A stretch of DNA of 64,000 nt from Isurus oxyrinchus. Its lineage: Eukaryota. Shown here one piece after another: positions 1 to 11,983 of this stretch. The notes beneath the pieces were generated by a model. The model had not been told where the DNA came from, made no database searches, and was given only the letters and a program-made list of their open reading frames with translations. Where the stretch lies: positions 61,442,001-61,506,000 of the forward strand of contig JANJGN010000013.1 of NCBI GenBank assembly GCA_026770705.1. The letters are read 5' to 3'. Position numbers and translations under genes: made by a program. How positions within the stretch are numbered: position 1 is the first letter of the stretch; each line of letters starts with the position of its first letter.

Positions 1-349
1 ATCTCTTTGAAGTAACTGGGATGCAGCTTTTCTGTACCACTTCAGGCTGCTCCCAACAACCGCTAACTCTCAAAAATTGTGCTGCTTGCGTTTGGTGAGG
101 CTGGAGGCAGAAATGTGTCCCAGAAGATAATGTTTGCTGCAAGGTGGTAAATTGGCTGTTGGTGTATAAAAACTGTGAGTCTGAAGGTTGTTTGTGGAGC
201 AGCAAAAGAGAATGTTGGCACGGCCTGTTAAATCAAGCACGAGGAATTGATGGTTGTGCTTTTGTCATTGCAGAAGAGACAACGGTGTACTCCAGTTCAG
301 TTAGTGTACAGAACTGACAGCATACAGCAGCATGGAAAAATAACTGCAT

Positions 350-469
350 GACAGCATGGCTGACTGGTCGAAGGTGCCAAACTCAAAGAGCGTGTATTCC
401 TTGTCTTGCAATGGCTTAGTGAATTCTGATCCCTTTCCAAGAGCATGGGTCCAAATCCCACTCCGGACA
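350..469 (+). pseudogene. Degenerate tRNA-Leu(CAA) pseudogene (left edge copy)
   Basis: GACAGCATGGCTGACTGG...CTCAAA...GGTCCAAATCCCACTCCGGACA; many stem, A-box and B-box substitutions. Confidence 0.85.
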
Positions 470-714
470 TTACTTTTTCAAAGACTCTCGTCAGCATACA
501 TTTCCTGAAAGCATCTCCAGAAATTTACGCCTGGCATATTTTACCACTTCAACGCTATTTACGTCTCAATACAAACAGAAGTTAAGCACTGCTGCTTAAA
601 TCAAGCAGGAGCAATTGATGGTTGTGCTTTGTCACTGCACAAGAGACAACGGTGTGCTCCAGTTCAGTTAGTGTACAGAATTGCAGCACACATCAACCAA
701 TAATACAGCAACTT

Positions 715-833
715 GGCAGGATGGCCCAGTGGTCTAAGTCACCAAACTCAAGAGTTGACTTTCTTTTCCTTGCAACGGCCTGGTGAATGCTCGTCCCTTT
801 CTCGGGGCGTGGGTTCAAATCCCCCTCCTGACA
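715..833 (+). pseudogene. tRNA-Leu(CAA) pseudogene, class C
   Basis: D and anticodon stems disrupted (CCAAA/GCTCG); T4 in intron at 764-767; A and B boxes retained. Confidence 0.85.
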
Positions 834-1827
834 ATACTTTTTCAAATACTCTCGCCAGCCTACATTTCCTGCCAGCCTCTCCTGAATTTTGCACCTACCA
901 CGTTTTACCACTTCAACTCTATTTACGCCTCAATACAAACACAGGTGACGCCTCCACAACCATGTCCATCACACACAAAACTTTACATGTTATATGCCTC
1001 ATGCATCAAATCACACTTCTCACACAATCAAGACCCAAACTGCAAACACAACACTCTGAGCAAACTGCATTTATACCTAGCTCCTTGCTGCATTCCACAT
1101 TGCATTCTAGGACTGCATCTTGCAATGCCATGGCGTACATTGCTTTTTCTCAAAATCAGGCCAACAGTTTCGAACAATGCCACTTCTACACAAAAACAAC
1201 TCAGTTCAACTCCCTTACTTTGGTAAGTACTTGCAAGGAAATCAGTGTCTTTAACATTCCAACTCATCCCCGGATGTGAAGCACATTACTGACCAATGAG
1301 ATGAGTTTGAATGCTGGGCCTTTCAGGTGGTAATGTTCAGAGTAATGCCATTGGCCAGGGGCACAGGGGCTGCAAGTTACCTTCATTCAATTCCAATATT
1401 GGGAGCTGCTGCTCATTGACTGGTCTTCAGCCGTTGCAGGTCCATCACGTTAATGTCATGAAAAGAAAGTCATGTGAATGAGAGGCTGAAATATCCGCTT
1501 GGAAGGATTATGTCTTACTGCCGTGTTTTTTGAAGGACTTGTGTTCCAATGGCAACTGTGTTGCTTGCATTTGGTCAAACTGAATGCCAAAATGTGTCTC
1601 AAAAAATGATGTGTGCTGCAAGGTGGAAAAATGACTGTTGATGAATAAAAGCTGTGAGTCTAAAGGTTGTTTATGGAGCAGGAAAGTAGAATTTTGTCAC
1701 TGCCTGATAAATCAAGCATGAGCAATTGATGGTTGTGCTTTGTCACTGCACAAGAGACAACGGTGTGCTCCAGTTCAGTTAGTGTACAGAATATGGAGCA
1801 CATATCAACAGAATTAAACAACAACTT

Positions 1828-1946
1828 GTCAGGATAGCTAAGTGGTCTAAGGTACCAGACTCAAAGAATGTGATTCCTTTCCTTGCAATGGCTTGGTGAA
1901 TTCTGATTCTTTTCTAGGGGTGTGGGTTCAAATCCTGCTACTGACA
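1828..1946 (+). pseudogene. tRNA-Leu(CAA) pseudogene, class B
   Basis: TAGCTAAG...GGTACC; TTCTGATTCTTTTCT with T4 at 1910-1913; altered T stem and acceptor (CCTGCTACTGAC). Confidence 0.85.
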
Positions 1947-2942
1947 TTAATTTTTCAAAAGCTCTCGCCAGCTTACATTTCCTGCCAGCCTCTCCTGAAA
2001 TTTGCGCCTGCCACATTTTACCGCTTCAACGCTATTTACGCCTCAATACAAACACAAGTTACGTCTCCACAACCATGTCCTTCACACACAAAACTTTACA
2101 TGTAATATGCCTCATGCATCAAATCGCACTTCTCACACAATCAAGACCCAAACTGCAAACACAACACTCTGAGCAAATTGCATTTATACCTAGCTCCTGG
2201 CTGCATTCCACATTGCATTCTAGGACTGCATCTTTCAATGCCATGACGTACACTGCTTTTTCTCAAAACCAGGCCAACTGTTTCAAACAATGCCACTTCT
2301 TCTACACAAAAACAACTCACTTCAACTCCCTTACTTTGGTAAGTACTAGCAAGGAAATCAGTGTCTTTAACATTCCAACTCATCCCCGGATGTGAAGCAC
2401 ATTACTGACCAATGAGATGCCTTTGAATGCTGAGCCTTTCAGGTGGTAATATTCAGAGTATTAGCTTTGGCCAGGGGCACAGGGGCTACAAATTCCCTTC
2501 GTTCAATTCCAATATTGGGAGCTGCAGCTCGTTGACTGATCTGTAGCTGTCGCAGGTCCATCACATTAATGTCATGAAAAGAAGTCATGTGAATGAGAGG
2601 CTGAAATGTCCGCTTTGAAGGAGTATGTCTTAATGCCGTGCTTTTTGAAGGACTTGTGTTCCAATGGCAACTGTATTGCTTGTGTTTGGTCAAGCTGGAC
2701 GCCAAAATGTGTTTCAGAAAATGATGCGTGCTGCAAGGTGGTAAAACGGCTGTTGATGAATGACAGCTGTGAGTCTGAAGGCTGTGTGTGGAGCAGGAAA
2801 GTAGAATTTTGTCACTGCCTGTTAAATCAAGCACGAGCAATTGATGGTTGTGCTTTGTCACTGCACAAGAGACAACGGTGTGCTCCAGTTCAGTTAGTGT
2901 ACAGAATATGGAGCACACAACAACAACATCAGACAACAACTT

Positions 2943-3061
2943 GTCAGGATGGCCGAGTGGTCTAAGGCGCCAGACTCAAGGAGTGTGATTCCTTTCCTTG
3001 CAATGGCTTGGTGAATTCTGGTCCCTTTCTAGGGGCGTGGGTTCAAATCCCACTCCTGACA
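2943..3061 (+). tRNA. tRNA-Leu-CAA: tRNA-Leu(CAA), intron-containing (intron 2981-3015), intact, class A
   Basis: Acceptor GTCAGGA/TCCTGAC+A, D stem GCC/GGC, anticodon stem CCAGA/TCTGG with loop CT-CAA-G^T, type II variable arm CCCT/AGGG, T arm GTGGG-TTCAAAT-CCCAC. The 5' exon matches the vertebrate Leu-CAA sequence as I know it. TTTT terminator 6 nt downstream. Confidence 0.95.
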
Positions 3062-3066
3062 TTAAC

Positions 3067-3070
3067 TTTT
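3067..3070 (+). terminator. RNA Pol III T4 terminator (representative; present after most copies)
   Basis: ...CCTGACA-TTAAC-TTTT-C directly after the gene. Confidence 0.8.
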
Positions 3071-4057
3071 CAAATGCTCTCGCCAGCTTACATTTCCTGC
3101 CAGCCTCTCCTGAAATTTGCTCCTGCCACGTTTTACCACTTCAACGCTATTTACGCCTCAATACAAACACAAGTTACGCCTCCACAACCATGTCCATCAC
3201 ACACAAAACTTTACATGTTATATGCCTCATGCATCAAATCACACTTCTCACACAATCAATACCCAAACTGCAAACACAACACTCTGAGCAAACTGCATTT
3301 ATACCTAGCTCCTTGCTGCATTCCACATTGTATTCTAGGACTGCATCGTTCAATGCCATGGGGTACACTGCTGTTTCTCAAACCCAGGCCAACTGTTTCG
3401 AACAATGCCACTTCCTGTACACAAAAACAACTCACTTCAACTCCCTTAATTTGGTAAGTACTTGCAAGGAAATCAGTGTCTTTAACATTCCAACTCATCC
3501 CCGGATGTGAAGCACATTACTGACCAATGAGATGCCTTTGAATGCTGGGCCTTTCAAGTGCTAATGTTCAGAGTAATGCCATTGGCCAGGGGCACAGGGG
3601 CTGCAAATTCCGTTCGATCAATTCCAATATTGGGAGCTGCTGCTCATTGACTGATCTTCAGCCATCGCAAGTCCATCACGTTAATGTCATGAAAAGAAAG
3701 TCATGTGAATTAGAGGCTGAAATGTCCGCTTGGAAGGATTATGTCTTACTGCCATGTTTTTTGAAGGACTTGTGTTCCAATGGCAACTGTGTTGCTTGCA
3801 TTTGGTCAAACTGAATGCCAAAATGTGTCTCAAAAAATGATGTGTGCTGCAAGGTGGTAAAATGACTGTTGATGAATAAAAGCTGTGAGTCTAAAGGTTG
3901 TTTATGGAGCAGGAAAGTAGAATTTTGTCACTGCCTGTTAAGTCAAGCATGAGCAATTGATGGTTGTGCTTTGTCACTGCACAAGAGACAACGGTGTGCT
4001 CCAGTTCAGTTAGTGTACAGAATTTGCAGCACACATCAACCAATTATTTAGCAACTT

Positions 4058-4176
4058 GTCAGGATGGCCCAGTGGTCTAAATCACCAAACTCAATAGTTG
4101 ATTTTCTTTTCCTTGCAACAGCCTGGTGAATGCTCATCCCTTTCTCGGGGCGTGGGTTCAAATCCCCCTCCTGACA
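4058..4176 (+). pseudogene. tRNA-Leu(CAA) pseudogene, class C
   Basis: Disrupted D and anticodon stems; ATTTTCTTTT in intron. Confidence 0.85.
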
Positions 4177-5173
4177 ATGCTTTTTCAAATGCTCTCGCCA
4201 GCCTACATTTCCTGCCAGCCTCTCCTGAATTTTGCACCTACCACGTTTTACCACTTCAACTCTATTTACGCCTCAATACAAACACAGGTGACGCCTCCAC
4301 AACCATGTCCATCACACACAAAACTTTACATGTTATATGCCTCATGCATCAAATCACACTTCTCACACAATCAAGACCCAAACTGCAAACACAACACTCT
4401 GAGCAAACTGCATTTATACCTAGCTCCTTGCTGCATTCCACATTGTATTCTAGGACTGCATCGTTCAATGCCATGGGGTACACTGCTGTTTCTCAAACAC
4501 AGGCCAACAGTTTCAAACAATGCCACTTCTTCTACACAAAAACAACTCAGTTCAAGTCTCTTACTTTGGTAAGTACTAGCAAGGAAATCAGTGTCTTTCA
4601 CATTCCAACTCATCCCCGGATGTGAAGCACATTACTGACCAATGAGATGAGTTTGAATGCTGGGCCTTTCAGGTGCAAATGTTCAGATTAATGCCATTGG
4701 CCAGGGGCACAGGGGCTGCAAATTCCCATCATTCAATTCCAATATTGGGAGCTGCTGCTCATTGACTGATCTTCAGCCATCGCAGGTCCATCACGTTAAT
4801 GTCATGAAAAGAAAGTCATGTGAATGAGAGGCTGAAATGTCCGCTTTGAAGGATTATGTCTCACTGCTGTGTTTTTTGAAGGACTTGTGTTCCAATGGCA
4901 ACTGTGTTGCTTGCAGTTGGTCAAACTGAACGCCATAATGTGTCTCATAAAATGATGTGTGCTGCAAGGTGGTAAAACGGCTGTTGATGAATAAGAGCTG
5001 TGAGTCTGAAGGTTGTCTGTGGAGCAGGAAAGGAGAATTTTGTCACTGCCTGTTAAATCAAGCATGAGCAATTGATGGTTGTGCTTTGTCACTACACAAG
5101 AGACAACGGTGTGCTCCAGTTCAGTTAGTGTACAGAATATGGAGCACATATCAACAAAATTAAACAACAACTT

Positions 5174-5292
5174 GTCAGTATAGCTAAGTGGTCTAAGGTA
5201 CCAGACTCAAGGAATGTGATTCCTTTCCTTGCAATGGCTTGGTGAATTCTGATTCCTCTCTAGGGGTGTGGGTTCAAATCCTGCTACTGACA
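5174..5292 (+). pseudogene. tRNA-Leu(CAA) pseudogene, class B
   Basis: Class B substitutions; this copy lacks the internal T4 (ATTCCTCTCT) and has GTCAGTA, which pairs with TACTGAC. Confidence 0.8.
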
Positions 5293-6286
5293 TTAATTTT
5301 TCAAATGCTCTTGCCAGCTTACATTTCCTGCCAGCCTCTCCTGAAATTTGCTCCTGCCACATTTTACCGCTTCAACGCTATTTACGCCTCAATACAAACA
5401 CAAGTTACGTCTCCACAACCATGTCCATCACACACAAAACTTTACATGTTATATGCCTCATGCATCAAATCACACTTCTCACACAATCAAGACCCAAACT
5501 GCAAACACACCACTCTGAGCAAACTGCATTTATACCTAATTCCTTGCTGCATTCCACATTGCATTCTAGGACTGCATCTTTCAATGCCATGGCATACACT
5601 GATTTTTCTCAAAACCAGGCCAACAGTTTCGAACAATGCCACTTCAACACAAAAACAACTCAGTTCAAGTCCCTTACTTTGGTAAGTACTTGCAAGGAAA
5701 TCAGTGTCTTTCACATTCCAACTCATCCCCGGATGTGAAGCACATTACTGACCAATGAAATGAGTTTGAATGCTAGGCCTTTCAGGTGCTAATGTTCAGA
5801 TTAATGCCATTGGCCAGGGGCACAGGGGCTGCAAATTCCCTTCATTCAATTCCAATATTGGGAGCTGCTGCTCATTGACTGGTCTTCAGCCATCGCAGGT
5901 CCATCACGTTAATGTCATGAAAAGAAAGTCATGTGAATGAGAGGCTGAAATGTCCGCTTTGAAGGATTATGTCTCACTGCTGTGTTTTTTGAAGGACTTG
6001 TGTTCCAATGGCAACTGTGTTGCTTGCAGTTGGTCAAACTGAACGCCATAATGTGTCTCATAAAATGATGTGTGCTGCAAGGTGGTAAAACGGCTGTTGA
6101 TGAATAAGAGCTGTGAGTCTGAAGGTTGTCTGTGGAGCAGGAAAGGAGAATTTTGTCACTGCCTGTTAAATCAAGCATGAGCAATTGATGGTTGTGCTTT
6201 GTCACTGCACAAGAGACAACGGTGTGCTCCAGTTCAGTTAGTGTACAGAATATGGAGCACATATCAACAAAATTAAACAACAAATT

Positions 6287-6405
6287 GTCAGGAAGGCCGA
6301 GTGGTCTAAGGTGCCAGACTCAAGGAGTGTGATTCCTTTCCTTGCAACGGCTTGGTGAGTTCTGGTCCCTTTCTAGGGGCGTGGGTTCAAATCCCACTCC
6401 TGACA
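6287..6405 (+). tRNA. tRNA-Leu-CAA: tRNA-Leu(CAA), class A, probably impaired (U8>A, C25>U)
   Basis: GTCAGGAAGGCCGAG: invariant U8 / A-box T lost; sits behind a B-type leader. Confidence 0.6.
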
Positions 6406-7402
6406 TTAACTTTTCAAATGCTCTCGCCAGCTTACATTTCCTGCCAGCCTCTCCTGAAATTTGCTCCTGCCACGTTTTACCACTTCAATGCTATTTACGC
6501 CTCAATACAAACACAAGTTACGCCTCCACAACCATGTACATCACACACAAAACTTTACATGTTATATGCCTCATGCATCAAATCACACTTCTCACACAAT
6601 CAAGACCCAAACTGCAAACACAACACTCTGAGCAAATTGCATTTATACCTAGCTCCTTGCTGCATTCCACATTGTATTCTAGGACTGCATCGTTCAATGC
6701 CATGGGGTACACTGCTGTTTCTCAAACCCAGGCCAACTGTTTCGAACAATGCCACTTCCTGTACACAAAAACAACTCACTTCAACTCCCTTAATTTGGTA
6801 AGTACTTGCAAGGAAATCAGTGTCTTTAACATTCCAACTCATCCCCGGATGTGAAGCACATTACTGACCAATGAGATGCCTTTGAATGCTGGGCCTTTCA
6901 GGTGCTAATGTTCAGAGTAATGCCATTGGCCAGGGGCACAGGGGCTGCAAATTCCGTTCGTTCAATTCCAATATTGGGAGCTGCTGCTCATTGACTGATC
7001 TTCAGCCATCGCAGGTCCATCACGTTAATGTCATGAAAAGAAAGTCATGTGAATGAGAGGCTGAAATGTCCGCTTGGAAGGATTATGTCTTACTGCCGTG
7101 TTTTTTGAAGGACTTGTGTTCCAATGGCAACTGTGTTGCTTGCATTTGGTCAAACTGAATGCCAAAATGTGTCTCATAAAATGATGTGTGCTGCAAGGTG
7201 GTAAAATGACTGTTGATGAATAAAAGCTGTGAGTCTGAAGGTTGTCTGTGGAGCAGGAAAGTAGAATTTTGTCACTGCCTGTTAAATCAAGCACGAGCAA
7301 TTGATGGTTGTGCTTTGTCACTGCACAAGAGACAACGGTGTGCTCCAGTTCAGTTAGTGTACAGAATATGGAGCACACAACAACAACATCAAACAACAAC
7401 TT

Positions 7403-7521
7403 GTCAGGATGGCTGAGTGGTCTAAGGTGCCAGCCTCAAGGAGTGTGATTCCTTTCCTTGCAACGGCTTGGTGAATTCTGGTCCCTTTCTAGGGGCGTGG
7501 GTTCAAATCCCACTCCTGACA
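7403..7521 (+). tRNA. tRNA-Leu-CAA: tRNA-Leu(CAA), class A, probably impaired
   Basis: GGCTGAG, GGTG and CCAGC: two D-stem wobbles and an anticodon-stem mismatch. Confidence 0.6.
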
Positions 7522-8517
7522 TTAACTTTTCAAATGTTCTCGCCAGCTTACATTTCCTGCCAGCCTCTCCTGAAATTTGCTCCTGCCATATTTTACCACT
7601 TCAACGCTATTTACGCCTCAATACAAACACAAGTTACGCCTCCACAACCATGTCCATCACACACAAAACTTTACATGTCATATGCCTCATGCATCAAATC
7701 ACACTTCTCACACAATCAAGACCCAAACTGCAAACACACCACTCTGAGCAAATTGCATTTATACCTAGCTCCTTGCTGCATTCCACATTGCATTCTAGGA
7801 CTGCATCTTTCAATGCCATGGCGTACACTGCTGTTTCTCAAACCCAGGCCAACTGTTTCAAACAATGCCACTTCTTCTACACAAAAACAACTCACTTCAA
7901 CTCCCTTACTTTGGTAAGTACTAGCAAGGAAATCAGTGTCTTTAACATTCCAACTCATCCCCGGATGTGAAGCACATTACTGACCAATGAGATGCCTTTG
8001 AATGCTGAGCCTTTCAGGTGGTAATATTCAGAGTATTAGCTTTGGCCAGGGGCACAGGGGCTGCAAATTCCCTTCGTTCAATTCCAATGTTGGGAGCTGC
8101 TGCTCGTTGACTGAGCTGTAGCCGTCGCAGGTCCATCACATTAATTTCATGAAAAGAAGTCATGTGAATGAGAGGCTGAAATGTCCGCTTTGAAGGAGTA
8201 TGTCTTAATGCCGTGTTTTTTGAAGGACTTGTGTTCCAATGGCAACTGTATTGCTTGTGTTTGGTCAAGCTGGACGCCAAAATGCGTCTCAGAAAATGAT
8301 GCGTGCTGCAAGATGGTAAAACGGCTGTTGATGAATGACAGCTGTGAGTCTGAAGGCTGTGTGTGGAGCAGGAAAGTAGAATTTTGTCACTGCCTGTTAA
8401 ATCAAGCACGAGCAATTGATGGTTGTGCTTTGTCACTGAACAAGAGACAACGGTGTGCTCCAGTTCAGTTAGTGTACAGAATATGGAGCACACAACAACA
8501 ACATCAAACAACAACTT

Positions 8518-8636
8518 GTCAGGATGGCCGAGTGGTCTAAGGCGCCAGACTCAAGGAGTGTGATTCCTTTCCTTGCAACAGCTTGGTGAATTCTGGTCCC
8601 TTTCTAGGGGCGTGGGTTCAAATCCCACTCCTGACA
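8518..8636 (+). tRNA. tRNA-Leu-CAA: tRNA-Leu(CAA), intron-containing, intact
   Basis: Exons identical to the 2943 copy; TTTT terminator. Confidence 0.95.
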
Positions 8637-9632
8637 TTAACTTTTCAAATGCTCTCGCCAGCTTACATTTCCTGCCAGCCTCTCCTGAAATTTGCTCCTG
8701 CCACGTTTTACCACTTCAACGCTATTTACGCCTCAATACAAACACAAGTTACGCCTCCACAACCATGTACATCACACACAAAACTTTACATGTTATATGC
8801 CTCATGCATCAAATCACACTTCTCACACAATCAAGACCCAAACTGCAAACACACCACTCTGAGCAAACTGCATTTATACCTAGCTCCTTGCTGCATTCCA
8901 CATTGTATTCTAGGACTGCATCGTTCAATGCCATGGGGTACACTGCTGTTTCTGAAACCCAGGCCAACTGTTTCAAACAATGCCACTTCCTCTACACAAA
9001 AACAACTCACTTCAACTCCCTTAATTTGGTAAGTACTTGCAAGGAAATCAGTGTCTTTCACATTCCAACTCATCCCCGGATGTGAAGCACATTACTGACC
9101 AATGAGATGCCTTTGATTGCTGGGCCTTTCTGGTGCTAATGTTCAGAGTAATGCCATTGGCCAGGGGCACAGGGGCTGCAAATTCCATTAGTTCAATTCC
9201 AATATCGGGAGCTGCTGCTCATTGACTGATCTTCAGCCATCGCAGGTCCATCACATTAATGTCATGAAAAGAAAGTCATGTGAATGAGAGGCTGAAATGT
9301 CCGCTTGGAAGGATTATGTCTTACTGCCATGTTTTTTGAAGGACTTGTGTTCCAGTGGCAACTGTGTTGCTTGCATTTGGTCAAACTGAATGCCAAAATG
9401 TGTCTCAAAAAATGATGTGTGCTGCAAGGTGGAAAAATGACTGTTGATGAATAAAAGCTGTGAGTCTAAAGGTTGTTTATGCAGCAGGAAAGTAGAATTT
9501 TGTCACTGCCTGTTAAGTCAAGCATGAGCAATTGATGGTTGTGCTTTGTCACTGCACAAGAGACAACGGTGTGCTTCAGTTCAGTTAGTGTACAGAATTT
9601 GCAGCACACATCAACCAATTAGTTAGCAACTT

Positions 9633-9751
9633 GTCAGGATGGCCCAGTGGTCTAAATCACCAAACTCAATAGTTGATTTTCTTTTCCTTGCAACAGCCTG
9701 GTGAATGCTCATCCCTTTCTCGGGGCGTGGGTTCAAATCCCACTCCTGACA
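9633..9751 (+). pseudogene. tRNA-Leu(CAA) pseudogene, class C
   Basis: Class C substitutions; intronic T4 runs. Confidence 0.85.
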
Positions 9752-10748
9752 ATGCTTTTTCAAATGCTCTCGCCAGCCTACATTTCCTGCCAGCCTCTCC
9801 TGAATTTTGCACCTACCACGTTTTACCACTTCAACTCTATTTACGCCTCAATACAAACACAGGTGACGCCTCCACAACCATGTCCATCACACACAAAACT
9901 TTACATGTTATATGCCTCATGCATCAAATCACACTTCTCACACAATCAAGACCCAAACTGCAAACACAACACTCTGAGCAAACTGCATTTATACCTAGCT
10001 CCTTGCTGCATTCCACATTGTATTCTAGGACTGCATCGTTCAATGCCATGGGGTACACTGCTGTTTCTCAAACACAGGCCAACTGTTTCAAACAATGCCA
10101 CTTCTTCTACACAAAAACAACTCAGTTCAAGTCCCTTACTTTGGTAAGTACTAGCAAGGAAATCAGTGTCTTTCACATTCCAACTCATCCCCGGATGTGA
10201 AGCACATTACTGACCAATGAGATGAGTTTGAATGCTGGGCCTTTCAGGTGCTAATGTTCAGATTAATGCCATTGGCCAGGGGCACAGGGGCTGCAAATTC
10301 CCATCATTCAATTCCAATATTGGGAGCTGCTGCTCATTGACTGGTCTTCAGCCATCGCAGGTCCATCACGTTAATGTCATGAAAAGAAAGTCATGTGAAT
10401 GAGAGGCTGAAATGTCCGCTTTGAAGGATTATGTCTCACTGCTGTGTTTTTTGAAGGACTTGTGTTCCAATGGCAACTATGTTGCTTGCAGTTGGTCAAA
10501 CTGAACGCCATAATGTGTCTCATAAAATGATGTGTGCTGCAAGGTGGTAAAACGGCTGTTGATGAATAAGAGCTGTGAGTCTGAAGGTTGTCTGTGGAGC
10601 AGGAAAGGAGAATTTTGTCACTGCCTGTTAAATCAAGCATGATCAATTGATGGTTGTGCTTTGTCACTACACAAGAGACAACGGTGTGCTCCAGTTCAGT
10701 TAGTGTACAGAATATGGAGCACATATCAACAAAATTAAACAACAACTT

Positions 10749-10867
10749 GTCAGGATAGCTAAGTGGTCTAAGGTACCGGACTCAAGGAATGTGATTCCTT
10801 TCCTTGCAATGGCTTGGTGAATTCTGATTCTTTTCTAGGGGTGTGGGTTCAAATCCTGCTACTGACA
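10749..10867 (+). pseudogene. tRNA-Leu(CAA) pseudogene, class B
   Basis: Class B substitutions; T4 in variable arm. Confidence 0.85.
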
Positions 10868-11864
10868 TTAATTTTTCAAATGCTCTCGCCAGCTTACATT
10901 TCCTGCCAGCCTCTCCTGAAATTTGCGCCTGCCACATTTTACCGCTTCAACGCTATTTACGCCTCAATACAAACACAAGTTACGTCTCCACAACCATGTC
11001 CATCACACACAAAACTTTACATTCAATATGCCTCATGCATCAAATCGCACTTCTCACACAATCAAGACCAAAACTGCAAACACACCACTCTGAGCAAATT
11101 GCATTTATACCTAGCTCCTTGCTGCATTCCACATTGCATTCTAGGACTGCATCGTTCAATGCCATGAGGTACACTGCTTTTTCTCAAACCCAGGCCAACT
11201 GTTTCAAACAATGCCACTTCCTGTACACAAAAACAACTCAGTTCAACTCCCTTACTTTGGTAAGTACTAGCAAGGAAATCAGTGTCTTTAACATTCCAAC
11301 TCATCCCCGGATGTGAAGCACATTACTGACCAATGAGATGCCTTTGAATGCTGGGCCTTTCAAGTGCTAATGTTCAGAGTAATGACATTGGCCAGGGGCA
11401 CAGGGGCTGCAAATTCCGTTCGTTCAATTCCAATATTGGGAGCTGCTGCTCATTGACTGATCTTCAGCCATCGCAGGTCCATCACGTTAATGTCATGAAA
11501 AGAAAGTCATGTGAATGAGAGGCTGAAATGTCCGCTTGGAAGGATTATGTCTTACTGCCGTGTTTTTTGAAGGACTTGTGTTCCAATGGCAACTGTGTTG
11601 CTTGCATTTGGTCAAACTGAATGCCAAAATGTGTCTCAAAAAATGATGTGTGCTGCAAGGTGGTAAAATGACTGTTGATGAATAAAAGCTGTGAGTCTGA
11701 AGGTTGTCTGTGGAGCAGGAAAGTAGAATTTTGTCACTGCCTGTTAAATCAAGCACGAGCAATTGATGGTTGTGCTTTGTCACTGCACAAGAGACAACGG
11801 TGTGCTCCAGTTCAGTTAGTGTACAGAATATGGAGCACACAACAACAACATCAAACAACAACTT

Positions 11865-11983
11865 GTCAGGATGGCCGAGTGGTCTAAGGCGCCAGACTCA
11901 AGGAGTGTGATTCCTTTCCTTGCAATGGCTTGGTGAATTCTGGTCCCTTTCTAGGGGCGTGGGTTCAAATCCCACTCCTGACA
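11865..11983 (+). tRNA. tRNA-Leu-CAA: tRNA-Leu(CAA), intact exons; proximal terminator reduced to TTT
   Basis: Exons identical to the 2943 copy; trailer TTAACTTTAC. Confidence 0.93.

Noticed and set aside
3062-4057. A second RNA gene (5S rRNA, snRNA or another tRNA) in the spacer
   Set aside because: I recognised no second B box in a cloverleaf context and no 5S or snRNA sequence on either strand. An Rfam cmscan would be needed to exclude this fully.
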